From: Blasia pusilla
Lineage: Eukaryota
Assembly: GCA_050084515.1 (NCBI GenBank)
Contig: CM114271.1
Coordinates: forward strand, 39,494,001-39,558,000
Reading direction: 5' to 3'
Length of the DNA: 64,000 nucleotides
The notes under the pieces were generated by a model. The model did not search any database and was not told the DNA's origin. It was given only the letters and a program-made list of their open reading frames with translations. Of the stretch, positions 39,927-53,499 are shown piece by piece. The translations under genes were made by a program, and so were the position numbers. Positions within the stretch are counted from its first letter, which is position 1. Every line of letters begins with the position of its first letter.

Positions 39927-42900
39927 TCAACATCTGCTTTCAGCGACCTTCTTGACACCTATGCTCTCGGGGCATAACTATTATATCAAACCCTGCAAGT
40001 TTCAGAGGGTTAACAACCGTGCGAGAAAGAACCCATGTCGCCGAGCTCCACAGGCCCAATTCACAACGGAAAGGTTGTGAATTACTTACTGTTTTTCTCT
40101 TTGATGGGTTCCCTCTCCCATCCTCTTCCATTCATCTAGGAAGTGGCTCAGGGTCAGATTCTGCGACAGCAGTACTACCTCCTGCAAGAACACTAAGCCA
40201 CATTACTGTTCCTCGACTTGAAGGGTTTTCTTTGATAGTTTCTCCTTCTCTGAATCTCTGCCCCATCACATTCCTAAAATCCAAGAACTGGTCCCATGAC
40301 AGATCGTCGTGTGACAGAGTACTACCTCCGCGGGAATTACGGAATCGCTCACTGACCTTTCTTACTAATCCTAATATCGCAGAAAGTCACCCGCAAAGAA
40401 ATTCAAAGAAGTTGACGCTGCAGTTTGACCCTTCCTGGAACCTGGGACAGCTATGACTATCCGAGCCCCCGAAGTGCTGCATTGCTTGGAACTAACCAGT
40501 GTGCGGAATTTTAAAGTAACAATTAGTATTTAAAGTTAAAAAATTGTTTACGGTCCCAAATATATATTTTAAATATATATTAGAACGAGGTCACAACCAG
40601 CCCCCACGTTTGATTTTAAAAATATAATTGATTTGTATTTTTAGTAATTTTTCAATGTATATTATAATTGGCGGAGTGGTTTTGACATGACGACACCACC
40701 ATAGCATGACGTGTGTCATCATTAAATCGACACGTATTTCAGGAGGGGGCGTATATGAAGGGCGTGTTCACATTTCGGGAGGGGGGAGGGGGGAGTATAT
40801 GCACACGACCGTGCATCGCACCGTCCTTCACGGCACTAACTAGTACTTTTAGAAATGTAAAGCACCTGCCACTCTACTTTGGCAGGGTTTAGGGGATGGG
40901 GATTTCCACCCCCATGGGATGGCCGCACACTAGTTAATCTAACTACAAATAAATCTAAATAAAAGATTCAAATTTTTCTAAGGTAGGCCATAAATTAAGT
41001 TTAGAATAACAAGAAACAAGTATGCGGCCCATGGTTTGATGTATGCAGTAATGGATGTTTGCGACAACTATTTAGAGGTTGTCGATAGCAAAACTGGCTC
41101 TAAAGTGGTTTTGGCCTGCCACGATGTATCTGACAGCGGTTTGGATCCTGTCGATAGTGGAAACTATGTGTAAACCGGTTTGGACGCGTGGTGATTCTTA
41201 AACTAGTTTGGAACCGTCGTGATCAAAAACTGGATGTAGTGGCTAAGAGACATGTAATCGGGGAACTAGAACGCTTTGTCGAAAATGTGTGATAAACCAT
41301 CCACGGATTTTTCGAGCTGGGCATATGAGATTTGGAAAAAATTAGCTCTGGTTGGTTAATGAAGTAGATATAGCACTGAGTAGGAGTCGTATATATTGAG
41401 TAACTCACACCCGTGATGTACATGTAGATTTGCAAGCATCAAGATGTGTGATTAGAAGGCGTTCAATGATAATTTCAGTACAAAAGTATTCCTTCTTAAA
41501 AATGAGTGTGAATTTGACTATCACAATAGTGGAAGTTTTCCTTTTTAAGAACGAGTGTGAATTGTCATTTCTGGAGGCAATGGAATAGCAGATAGTAAAT
41601 TGGTTACAAATATATGCAACGACCGAACACAATGAGTGATACAGGTCTAAATACATAACTGAATGATTACCCACTTCTTTTGCATCTTAACAAGATTCTG
41701 AACATAAATAAAATAGTGGTGAGCAGTTGTTTCTTTGGAGATGAAGGTCGACGGTGGGACAACTAACTGTGCAAATAGGTAATTACCTTTCAAAGGTGTA
41801 TAAGTTTAATAAGGTGTACCAAGAAAGTAATAGCAATTAAAAAGAGGAGCAACTGATTCTTACAGTGACATTGTGGATGGAGAGGTTTTGCTAGTATTCA
41901 CAAACTGTTGTAATAAGTACATTAGAGAGCAAAAGTGAACACAAACAATAGTTGTGATGTGGAAGATACAAACACGTAATAAGAGTATGGCAATCATATA
42001 AATGTTATGCAACAAACAAGAAACAGAGCAGAAAGAATGTAAACAACAGTTGGTCATTGCGGAACAACTACAAGAGAGGTGTGATAACGGAAATTGCCAC
42101 ACACACACGACAAATGACATGTAGAAATGACACAGGTAGGACTAAAAAGATGTGGTAAAAATTCACGTGGCCTCATGATATTGATTAGTAGTAGAGTTGT
42201 TACAGGAGCCACATACTGAAGTTCAAATGTAAACACAAGAATGAATGAAGAACTCATTTGGCTACTTAAGAACGACCTTCACACAAATGGTACCTATGAT
42301 GGTATCAGCACAATTCCAATCATAGAGGAGCTGTAAAAATGATACATTGGGCAATACCAAATCACACTATAAACAGTGAGTAGTGTCTAATGCACATCTA
42401 TCAACTACTTTGTGAAGCACAAAGCTTGCAAAGCAACAACTTGTCCGTGTAGTTCATTGTCTTCTCCGTACTTACTAGAAAAAAGCTGCAAAAGCTCGGA
42501 TACACTAATGCGAATCGCTCTAACCTATTTTTCAAGATTAGGAATTCTATCACAATTATGGTTATCATCTCCTGCAACAGAATTCATGATGGTGCGCAAA
42601 ATATCATTGTGCCCATCACTCTCATCTAGTTTATCCTACACAATGTCTATGGTTTTGAGAGCTTCAAATAGGCTGATAGGTATAGTGTTGTTGCAATAGA
42701 TTGGATCCCCCATACTTGGCAGCTCAATCTTTGTGTTGTACGACCAATGCCTCTTGCAACGCTTGTTGGACATAGCATCATTATTTGAAGCAGGTGTCCT
42801 ATATGTACTCTCGTTATGCTCGTCACCTGAATTGGCACCCAACAACAAAAACACAGAAATAGAGGATGGAATGGAATGCAAATTCTTAATGAGCTTAGTT

Positions 42901-44149
42901 GCTACCACTAGGGCTCTTCAAAGAAGGCTGGTAACTAGTAGTAATAGAAATAGATCTATGAACTTGTAAATTACTATATTAGCCGATATGTTATAGCCAC
43001 TTGTGAATTCAGAACACAATGATAAAGCACAATAGAAAGCAAACCTTGGGCTAATACAAGTAGACATAAGTAACAGATTTCTTTATTAAGCAAATGACAA
43101 CCGGTAGATTCGCCTATATGAAAATATATGTGCACTCCATCTGCAAGTTGCAATATACAACCAACAGAGGAACAAGAGGTTAAATACTCCTGAAGAAGCA
43201 ATGTATTGAGAACAACACTTTGAAAGAAATGTGTACAAACGATGGAATCATGTACATTGTATATGTTTTGAAAATTTCTTTTACACATTCTCAAAACCAA
43301 TAAAATTGTTAAGTATATCAGGTAGAGAAGACTTTTTCTCTACCAAGGCTAGAAAACTATTATGAAAATGTGGCCATAGTGATGGAATATTGCCACTGGT
43401 ATTGTTCCACATACGAACACTTGGCAAAAACAACGCTGCAAACAATCATTAATCAGTACTAATCCGGGAATATTAGAAATACTTGAAGCAGAGTATATAA
43501 ACACCAAACGATGAAACATAGATGATAACACTTACATGTCGCCCTGCAGGTGTTAGATGCATTTCCTTTTCTTGGGTCTTGGAACTGATCCGCCTTAATA
43601 CCGCTTGTCAACCTTGCAAAGTGGGCTATAACTTGCTGGCGTGTGAGCTCGGCCTCATTGAAATCAATTCCTTTAAGAGCCATCACTTCTTTCTGAATTC
43701 CTGTAGAAAATAATTTGGTAGGTAAGCATACATATTTTAAGGGAAAAGAAGCCTAAATAACTGAGAATTAGTCCAAAATTGACAAAGCCTTGGGATCATA
43801 TTTACCTATTGCTGGGGGTTGCTTCCTCAACTCGCAAAATGATGTAACCCATGCCTTACGCTGATCTATCATGCGACTCAGTTTCTCGGCTTGTAATACC
43901 ATCATACCAGTACGAAGAATTGAGGCCTAAACTATTTGCGTATCTGAGTTGGGCATCGGTTGGTGGAACAATCTGAATGTTTGGTTCGTCGGCGAGTGTA
44001 GGGAGGAGTCCAAAATCATCTTTGCAAAGTCCAAATAGGACTTAGGTACCTGGACATATGGTTGTTAGTTTGGCATACCACAATTTAAAGTAGAAATGGT
44101 TGGGCGAAAAGTTTTTGACAAACCTGAGTAGTGCGATTGGCTTTTAATA

Positions 44150-45990
44150 TCAATGTTGGACGTAAGCAAAACTTTACATCCAATAGCTAAATACTAGAGT
44201 TTATGAAAATGATGATCAGATATCCACTCATTGAATTGGGGTTCAGGGGGAGCATCAGTTGAAACATGGAATGGAAAGATCTTAACTACACCAAATAACC
44301 GGCGTAACGCAACAATATTGAATAGTTTCACAATTGCACGGTGTGTACAAATCACATGGGCAGAATCATCTATGTAATCCATAGTTGTGTCTTCATTGAC
44401 AAAGGAGTTTCCAAGGCAGTTGTCTATTTGTTGTTGTATAGGACACACACACTTCTTATGTAAGATAAAACCCCAAAAATTTAGGATCATTGGAGTATTT
44501 AATAGCGGTTTGCAATGTAAATTTATTGTTGTTGGCAAAGAATGGTGAAGAAGATAAGTGGCAGAAAGAACAGATTGGCTGAACATTATGACGACAAACA
44601 TGAGGAAGTTGACATAAATCTCCTAGCAAAATGACAAGTTTAGTTGAGAAAGGATCTAATGTTGTTGAGGGACACACTTGGTGTAACCTCATAGTAACTA
44701 TCTGTAGGAGACGCGGCGTAAGCTTGGAGCATTAATCAATCACTATCACTTTTGCCTCTTTCAGACGCATGTAGTGATTTGAACCTATCTGCATTGTAGC
44801 TAGGTCTTCCTTTATAGGTATACCAAACGTAGAGTGCACGGTCATAGCATTTCTATGCAGGCGCACGATAGCAATTCCAGTAGCTGCAGTGAAAAGTGTG
44901 GGAATAGACTGAGCTGACCAAAATGTTTCCATGAATTTAATAAAAAAAAATTTACCACAACCAGGTGGCCTAGTGATCAACACAAGGCCCGAAGAAAGAG
45001 TCCAGATTTTGGGAAACAGTTCTACTTGCTCTGTGTTCAATATATCTAGGCGAACACTTGTTGACTGGTTGTCTAATCCAGAAGCGTTTGGTAGGGTGTT
45101 AGGTTGCTCTACAACATTAATAAATGAATCTACAGACAGGTCAAAGCAAATGTGTGGTGCAAGCACATCTAATGTTTTAGAGACGATTTTGCTAGTGTGG
45201 ACTTGGATCCACAAGTTTACAACATTACGTTCTTGGATTTCATCAACGATACAGGAATAAATTTGAATATACCCCTATGAATACATTCATGCAAATATGT
45301 CCATGTAGGTGAGCTTACTGACAATATCTCAGATTCAGATCGGAAGGAGATATTCTTCAAAAGCACTTTGTAAAAAAATTCGTCCCACTAATGCAACACA
45401 TGATATTCACTAAACCAAACAAGCATGTCTATTGTGTACACTGAGTTACCCACCGCATCAACACCAACAAGACTAGTAGAAGAGCATGTGTTTAGCCTAG
45501 AAACTTCATATTGGCTCCAATATTGAGTAAATGTTAAGTGAGATAAGCATTGAGGATGACTGCAGTATAGCGCAATAGGATGTATGCAAACAATTGATGC
45601 ATTTTTGTACAATATAGTGCGCAAATGTGGTGGACTAAAATCCATATATTCAACTGATTGTGATCTAGTAATAATTGGGATCTTGAGAGCTGTTTGTTAG
45701 TGCTGCTTCTGTAGAAGAAATAAAACTATTAAGAACTAGCCCAGATATTGGATGTAATCTTGTCATGTCCAAACTCTCAAGGCCAAGATACTTGGCACTT
45801 CTTGTATTAATGTTGAGTGCGCCATGTGGCTCACATTTTAAGGCATATTTCAGTAGATAAAACGACCATTGTACGTTTGTGACATGCTATAAATTCATGT
45901 GGGCACCCTTCCACAACAAGATAGTTGGGTGATATGGTATGACATTCCTATGCAGTTCACTCCGTCTGTATATGAATTTGACGACATCTT
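44150..45990 (-). pseudogene. Helitron RepHel remnant (Rep C-terminus + PIF1 helicase)
   Basis: RNVIPYHPTILLWKGAHMNL...YLLKYALK (~45835-45960); LNTEQ, LITRPPGCGKF (Walker A), AATGIA, TVHSTFGIP, VIVID (Walker B), LLGDLCQLP, VICTHRAIVKLFN. Confidence 0.85.
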
Positions 45991-46119
45991 CAGAAAGGGT
46001 GGCACATGTAGCCATGCTCCTCGACTATCAAGTGGTAGAAAGTTGTTGATAATGTACATAATACGAGAGGAGAAGACAAACATGGAAATTGTAAGGGAGT
46101 TGGGGGAAGAAGTGCTGCA

Positions 46120-46436
46120 TGTCATGACCATTCGGATTATGTCGTAGAGTATAGTGCTGGTAGAGGCCATTCCTTATGTAGGACCGTAGTGGCTTGGTAG
46201 AGATGCGGTTCCATACATAGGGTTGGGGGTTACTCACTTGGGCTTGCCCTCAAAGAACAGTCAGTTCTTTGAGTTGAGCCTGTTGCGTTGGGAGTTAGCC
46301 TTGGTAGTGAGTAGAGCTCTTGGCTATGGTGTTTCCCGCAAGCTTCGACCTAGATTCTCCCATCGTGGAGTGGGTTTGGCTCGATTGTATGTGATTATAA
46401 ACGTGTTTTATGACAGTAGGTCTTTCACGGATTTCA
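46120..46436 (+). repeat. Gypsy terminal repeat segment A1
   Basis: Matches 55045-55416 apart from a ~55-bp indel. Confidence 0.93.
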
Positions 46437-47816
46437 CTCAAAGAACTGGAGTAGATCGATGGTAGCTTCGATTATAGATGAGTAGGATCTGGTTAGGGCT
46501 GATTGTGTACTCAGCCGTGGATGTTCGCGGCTTGTTGCCTATGTTGGAGGTGTGAATCAGGTGCGTGGTTGGTTGGGAAAGAAGCGCCTTGCTGAGAGCT
46601 TTCCAACGCGCTGTAGATCGCCGGATTTCGTCAAGGGAGTTGGAAGTTATCAAGCATTGAAGATTCTGGTTCGTGTTCGACAGTTTTCTGATGTGGAGAG
46701 CTTGGAGTGCGGAAGCTCTGTTGAAGTTCATCCAGATCGGCTCAAGGTCTGGCTATGGTGGACAGCGGATCGGAGGGGCTGGTTGGTTGGTGACTCGTTC
46801 ATTGTTGGAGACGCCTATTCCGTTGGGGGCGCCCTGGTTGGACCTCTCTCCATAGCGAAGCATGGCGAACGGGGCATGTCTCGGCGTTTCGAGGCTTTGA
46901 GGCAACTCGTGGTAGCTCGGGGCGAGTGGGCGTGAGAGGCGGAGTAAGGAGCAAGCAAGCAAGCTTGCTTGCTTAGGCGTGAGGCAATTTTTGCAGGATT
47001 TGGGATTTGAGTTTTGCATAACTGGTCACCCATCTTTGGGCTATTCTGCCCGGAGGACGCTTAACTGCCGAGTTCTTAACTATGCCAGTGTACAGACTGT
47101 TGTAGCTCATTTGGTGTTGTTCGTAGATGTGTTAGGCGCTTTATGCATCTCAGGTTTTTGGTTGATGTACCTCTAGTGCATAGTACGGTGTAGCCTCTCC
47201 ATGCAGGTGGTATTTTTGGTCTTTTTGGCGTTCGACTAGCATGTCATCGACCATGGCGCGGAGTAGCTATTGCGTTAGAATTGTGTGGTGGGTTTTGTGG
47301 ATTCAGAGGGCACCACGTTTGGTGGATTGTGTTACCTTGATTTCCATTTGCGATTGGAGGGTTGTCGTTGGATTTCCTGTGTTTGGATCCCCTCCATCGT
47401 GCTTCTTGCTTGCGCGCCCATTGTTAGGGTTGACGCTGATTTCCAGAGTAGTGTTACTCTTGTGTGCTACCGGTAGTGAGGCTGGAGGGATGACGAGTAG
47501 ATTGTGGGAGACTTCTTGTGGTGATGACAAGTTAGGTTGCCTACACCCATAGCTAGTAGAGCTAGAATCGTATAGCGACATCGACGCGTCACTTGGTAAT
47601 TTGGTGGTGGTGCGGCATCGGCGTTGGTCATCACGGAGGCTGTCGGGTGGTACGGTTGGGGACCGTGGTGCGGACAGTGGTGGTTTCACACGGAGTGGAT
47701 TTAGGTATCGGCTACCTTTTCCACTTCCGACGGTTGATGAAGAGGAGGACGAGGGTGTTCCAAACACCGAGTCTTCTACGTTGTTATCGAGTGTTGCAGC
47801 TCCATTGATTTGGGAC

Positions 47817-48913
47817 ATGGACGGTGGATATGGGGCCATGAAGGGCCCACGACGATACTCGGGTGCAGTGGGTACCATTGAGTTGGAGGACTTCATGCAA
47901 AAGTTTGATACATGGTGTGATATGCAGATGTTGCAGAACGCCACGTTGTTTACACCCTTCTTGGCTTGGAAGGGGTTGTTTCAGCACTTGGAAGGACCAC
48001 CCATCGATGATTACCATGAGTTTAGGAAGGACCATGTTGCTGAGATTGAGGCATGGAGACAATATTGGTCTCCAGGCTATGTGTCTATCACCCATGGTGG
48101 TATTGGTAGTAGTGCTCCTACTATGCCAGCCAGCCCGATGTTGAGTGGTACGAGTACGAGCCGGAGTGGGGGTACCAGTGGAGGTACTAGTGGGGGTACT
48201 AACTAGTGGAGGTACTAGTGCCCCACCATCGTTTAGCCCGGTTGCAGAGTTCTTCAAGAGGTTGAAGAAGAACTATCAAGGAGTGAAGACGGAGAAGTTG
48301 AGGAATCTTCAGGACTTTGAGCGAAAAGACTGGTGAGAGTCTTCGTGAGGCATACACGCAGCGTATGCGACGCTTGATTTCGATTACCAGGGTGTGACCG
48401 AGGATCATGCGATCGATTTTTGGTATGGGATCTTGGACAGAGATTTGCGCCGTAGGGTGCGTGATGCTACTCTTATGAGTGATGATTCACCCACATTGAC
48501 CCATGTGTTTGCTCTATCTGAGAAGATTGAGCTTAACATGGTGAAGGAGAGAGTTGTGACATCCGCATTCAGTAGGGATACAACTACTACTTCTCGTGTT
48601 CAGCCGCCCACCTCACAATCTCGTAGTAGTGGTGGTGGTAGTAGTAGTGGGAGTCGTGGGGGGTACACGCGACCTCAGTCAAGTCCTAGAGGGACATTTG
48701 TGCAGAGACCATTGCCTTCATTTGCTGCCCATAATAAGGGGACAGTCATGTTGGACATGTGGAGGTGATCATGTTAGGAAGTTTTGTCCCCAAGAGGATG
48801 GGAGACGGACTTTGGAGGATGGGCCTCAGTGGGCCCCAACTCAGTGTGATCATTGCGGGAGACTAGGTCATCCTCGAGAGCGTTGCTTTGATCTTCATCC
48901 AGAGTTGAGATAA
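47817..48913 (+). pseudogene. Gypsy gag with two zinc knuckles (frameshifted)
   Basis: GPRRYSGAVGTIELEDFMQKFDTWC...; CWTCGGDHVRKFC and CDHCGRLGHPRERC. Confidence 0.8.
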
Positions 48914-49699
48914 GGCCGTGGCCGTGGTGGAGTAGCTCCGAGAGGCCGAGGTGGTAGAGGTGGACCAGTGGTTGGAGAGCCTACGGTGGCTACCCCTACC
49001 ACTACGACAGAGTCAGCTATGGCTGCCAGGATTGAGCGATTGGGAGAGAGTTGGCTACTATGGGGTATCCAAAGATAGATCAGTTCGGGAGCGGGGCTTC
49101 CACCTCTTATGGAGGGATGATCTCTCTTATATGACGAAAAGACAAAGACTGAGGTTGAGGCATCGGTGTGAATTCTGAGAGGAGCCACTCGAGCGTCGAG
49201 CCACGTGGTGCTCTTGGGAGTTGGACCCACAGAGGGGTGAGGCTAGGAGGCGGGCTAGGCTTCCCAAGTCATTCTTGTTGTCCGAGGTGCTTAGGACTCC
49301 ATCCATGGTTCCTCACGCGAGCCTATTGAGCCAGCAGTGGGGATCGAGGCATCTACATCGCGTGTAGTAGACACGGATGCAACATCCAATGCAAGATGCG
49401 GATGGCAACCGGTGTTGGGATCCCCATTGTTTTCGCCACACGGAGCGATGGCTTTAGGAGTTGACTTAGCTCTGTATTTGATTAGCGACCACGTTGTGTG
49501 AACGTGGGGTGTTATTCTTGCTACACGTGTTGAGGTGGATGAGGGTGTTGCGGTGGAGCGACCCTCTATGTCGGGAGTAGCATTGAGTACCGGTGCTACT
49601 GGCAGCAAAGAAAGGCGAAGATGGATGCATTACCAACCCGGCCACCATTGATCGTGAGAGGCTTACACTGGTGTATGTATGTTGGACAACCGGAGTGGG

Positions 49700-50100
49700 A
49701 TCTTCCGATTGGTGAGTCCTACAGACAGGTGTATAGACCAGATAGAGTCTTGTTAGACTCGGTGCCCAACCTTTAATTTGATGTTGGGAAAGGCGGCATG
49801 TATTGGTTTGGATATTCGGAGGTCGAGCTTGAGCCTTGCCCATTCCAGATTCAAACATCACTTGGAGGAGCCAACGATAGGTCTCAATTCATGACACGGG
49901 AGAAGTTTTCATGCTGTTGAGACCAGATCATGCGACCGATAGCTCCCGTTGGGAGTATCTACGGTAGTCACATCATCGAGTCGTATGATGTACTAGTTGG
50001 AGGAGCGATGATTGTACCCGATGGGTTTTCAGATGGATTCTCGGATGAGGCGTCTTATAGACCAGGTTGGCAGTCCGGGATGGACGTATGAGCCAAGTTC
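49700..50100 (+). pseudogene. Aspartic protease remnant
   Basis: agagtcttgttagactc-ggtgcccaacct reads RVLLDS(G)AQP with a 1-nt deletion at ~49760. Confidence 0.65.
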
Positions 50101-50469
50101 TGTGAGATTTATTTCGGGGCTCGACCAGAGGGTCTTCCCAACAAAGTGTTAGCATCTGTGGTCTGGTTTTAGTGGAGTAGTCACTTGGCCAGGAGACTTT
50201 TTGGAGGGTAATGTTTACGCTATGGATTCTCCTGCCCATGAGGAGGTAGAGGAGGTCCCTATTTTTGCAGCAAATGGCATCCTCATCGTTGGATGTGCCA
50301 CTTTGGAGTTCAGCGGTGCACTACGGCAGAGGCGTCGCCTAGTGCAGAGGCTTGGTGTGAGGTCGTTATACCTCACGAGGAAGAGGACGCCCACGGCGAA
50401 CTCCTACTACTGGCCCAGATTGGGTTATCCCCTTTGGATACTACACCCATTGTATGGCGATATCCGGAG

Positions 50470-51410
50470 GGCATTTGTGTGTTAGATCTCTTTGGTGGGA
50501 TTAGCAATGGTTTGGCGGCGATGTGCAGGCGGTATTCTGTCATGGAGATACGTGTATGTGGAGCAAGATGAGACGGCCGAGAGTCTCATCCCGACATATT
50601 GGTCGATTGATGCGGAGATATCTGAGTTGTTGCCGCCATCGCTATTTGTGGGTACTGGCGTGCTTTACCATCACACATTGCATTGTTAGAAGCGCAGGAC
50701 CTTGAGAGGGTTGGTCTGTGGATTTGGTGATTTTTGGATGGCCATGTCGTGAGTCATACAAGTCTTTGGTCGTGGTGAGGGATTACATGACCCTAGGTCT
50801 CGATTGTTTTGGGAGATGTTACGGGTGTTACGACATCTTTAGGTTCATCAGGCACGTGCTCTAGCTTACATTCTGGAGAATGTTCCATTGTTGGGTGACA
50901 CTCGGACCCGGATAATGGCGAGTGTTCATGAGGTGCGGTCTTGGATTGGACCAGCGGTGTTGTTGGATGCAGCACGAGTTGGCTCGCGTGCACATCGTCC
51001 ACGCTTGTGGTGGACAAACTTGTTGCCTAGGGAGGTTCTACGTCGAGCATATGATGCAGTGCAGCGGGATCCTCGCCTTACAATGGATAGTATCTTGGAT
51101 ACTGGGCGACTTTCTCAAGTGGTGAGGGTTATTGATCGGTCACCCATGGCAGTGGTGAACCATGTGGGCCAGCCTAGGATGGCACTACCCACATTTGTGA
51201 GTTTTCAGCGTCACATGCCTCGAGGAAGGTGGTCCGGGGCTTGTATGGGGATTCTCATGTGCGGGGATTGGTGGAGCCTAACGCTGATGAGAGAGAGCGT
51301 GCGATGGGATTTACTACTGGTGTGACAGCGGTTGCTTCTATTTCTAAGGCTTCATGACTTCATGTGTTGGGTCAAGCCATGGACCTGAATTTTTTGACTT
51401 GGATTTTGAG
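50470..51410 (+). pseudogene. DNMT3-like C5 cytosine DNA methyltransferase domain within Gypsy pol (frameshifted in this sequence)
   Basis: Motifs in canonical order: I VLDLFGGISNG (50479), II YVYVEQD (~50550), IV VDLVIFGWPC (50718-50747), DPRSRLFWEMLRVL, VI YILENVP (~50876), VIII DAARVGSRAHRPRLWWTNL, IX EPNADERERAMGF (~51273), X LGQAMD (~51367). Confidence 0.9.
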
Positions 51411-51779
51411 TCTTGGTATGGCCGAGCAGCGTCGACTTCGGACTATGTCTGTGGGTCTTCCACCCCTTGTAATGAGCTCGATGGCTACTGGGGACGGTAG
51501 AGGCATCGGGAAGCGAGGAGAGTAGTATTTTGCATCCTTGGAGTAAATGGGATGTAATGGTTGGGCATGTGGAGTTGGTTGCTCATCTTTGGTGGAGGAG
51601 TTATTTGCTCGGATGATGGTGTAGCTAAGGGTGTATCATCTTGTGAGGGGGTTGCGAGCGACCAATGGCATAAATCCTCTTCCTCTAGTATGCTAGTGGA
51701 GGAGACTTGGGAGCCATTACTTGGGCCCAAGCTTACGGGAGGTGAGAAACGACGCTGACACGGTTCCTACGTGCTTATA

Positions 51780-53130
51780 GGAGTTGTTTTGCCTTTAGCA
51801 TGAAGGAGTTGGGTTCTCTGGTTGGACCCGGTATAATGGATTGATTTGGCTAGTGATACGCCAATCTTCCGTCGTCCCTACCAATATAGTGATATGGAGA
51901 GGGACCTGATTCAGAGTAGGACGTTGGACCTTTGGAGGCTGGATTAGTGGAGTTGTCGCATGGAGAGTATGCATCGCCCTTTGTCATGCTCGCTAAAAAG
52001 GATATGCATGGCAACTACACGGATAGGCGGATGTGTGGAGATTACCGCCCTATCAATCGGCAAACCAAGGCCGATAGGTATGCCATGTCTACACCGAGGA
52101 GATCTTTGATGTGGTGGGACAGCAAAGATTTTCAGATACTTTGGATCTTGGCAGGATACCATCAATTGCCGATTCAGAGAGTGACAAGGCCAAGACAAAG
52201 ATTTTGGGGTGTCAACTCTCATGGCAAGGATTGTTTGTACCGGTGGAAATTCTTACCCTTTGGGTTGAAGAATGCACCTGCCGAGTTTCAAAGAGTGATG
52301 GGCGGGATCCTAGCGAGGGTTGGATTTTGTTCGGTGTTACATTGATGATATCTTGGTGTTGAGAACACGGTGGAGGAGCATCGATACATTTGCAGATGGT
52401 GTTTGAGTGGTTGAAAGCTCATGGTCTACGTTTGCATCCGGAAAGTGTAAGTTCTTCCATGAGGATGTTGAGTACTTGGGTCATGTGATCTATCCAGGTG
52501 GTTTGGGAGTTCAAAGCAAGCAAAGGTGGAGGCTATTGCACTTATTCCGTCCGGTAGATGTGAGTAGAGTTCGAGCATTCATAGGATTGGCGAACTACTA
52601 TCGGAGGTATGTGAAGGATTTAGTGCTATGGCAAAGCCTTTGAACCAATTGCTGAAATCAGATCAAGAGTGGCATCGGGAGATGATCAGAGAGAGCTTTG
52701 GGGAGCTTAAGGCCAGTTGGTGGCGGCGCCTATCTTGAGGAGACCTATCGAGGGCGCCCATTTCGATTACACTCGATTGGAGTAGGTTGGGACTTGGAGC
52801 GGTGTTGACACAACATGATGATGAGCACATGGAGTTTGTGGTGGCCTATGCAAGTCGTTCGAATAATGCAACGGAGTCGCGCTATAGTTCATATGAGGGA
52901 GAGTGCTTGGCAAGAGTATGGGTTGTGGCACACTTTAGGTGTTACTTGTTTGGCACACGATTTACCCTTGTTATTTCGATCACCACCCGCTCAAGTGGTT
53001 GATGGAGTCGGACAAGCTTACGGGGAAGCTTGCACGGTGGGCTCTTATCTTACAAGAGTATGACTTCCGGGTGGTACATAGACCTGGAGTTGCCAACCTT
53101 GATCTTCGATGGGTTGAGTAGGAACCCATG
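51780..53130 (+). pseudogene. Gypsy reverse transcriptase and RNase H (frameshifted)
   Basis: RMCGDYRPIN, GYHQL, LPFGLKNAPAEFQRVM, YIDDILV (~52338), YLGHVI, RAFIGLANYYRRY; GLGAVLTQ, VAYASRS, YSSYEGECLA, DHHPLKWL, KLARWALILQEYDF. Confidence 0.95.
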
Positions 53131-53499
53131 TACTAGCCAAGAGGATATAAGCGGGGCTAGATGGCATGGCGAGGTTGATGAGGAGATGGTGCCAGGTTGG
53201 CATGCATCCGCCTTTTATGTTGGTTAGGGTGGACTCTAGTATGGAGGACCACATGATATCTTACTCTAGTCGAGGGTAGATGGCGGCCTTGGATCCTTAG
53301 GTTGGAGATGGTTATACGGATCAGCGTGATATTCATGATGATGCGTTGGTGTTGGAGTTCCTACGGACCAGTAGGGTGCCAGGCATAGTGAGTGCCAAGG
53401 AGCGAGACCGTGTTCTTCAACGTGCTAAGAGGTATCGATTGGAGGGAACACATATTCTCCGCATGTGGGAGGATGGTAGAGTACGAGTAGTGCCACATT

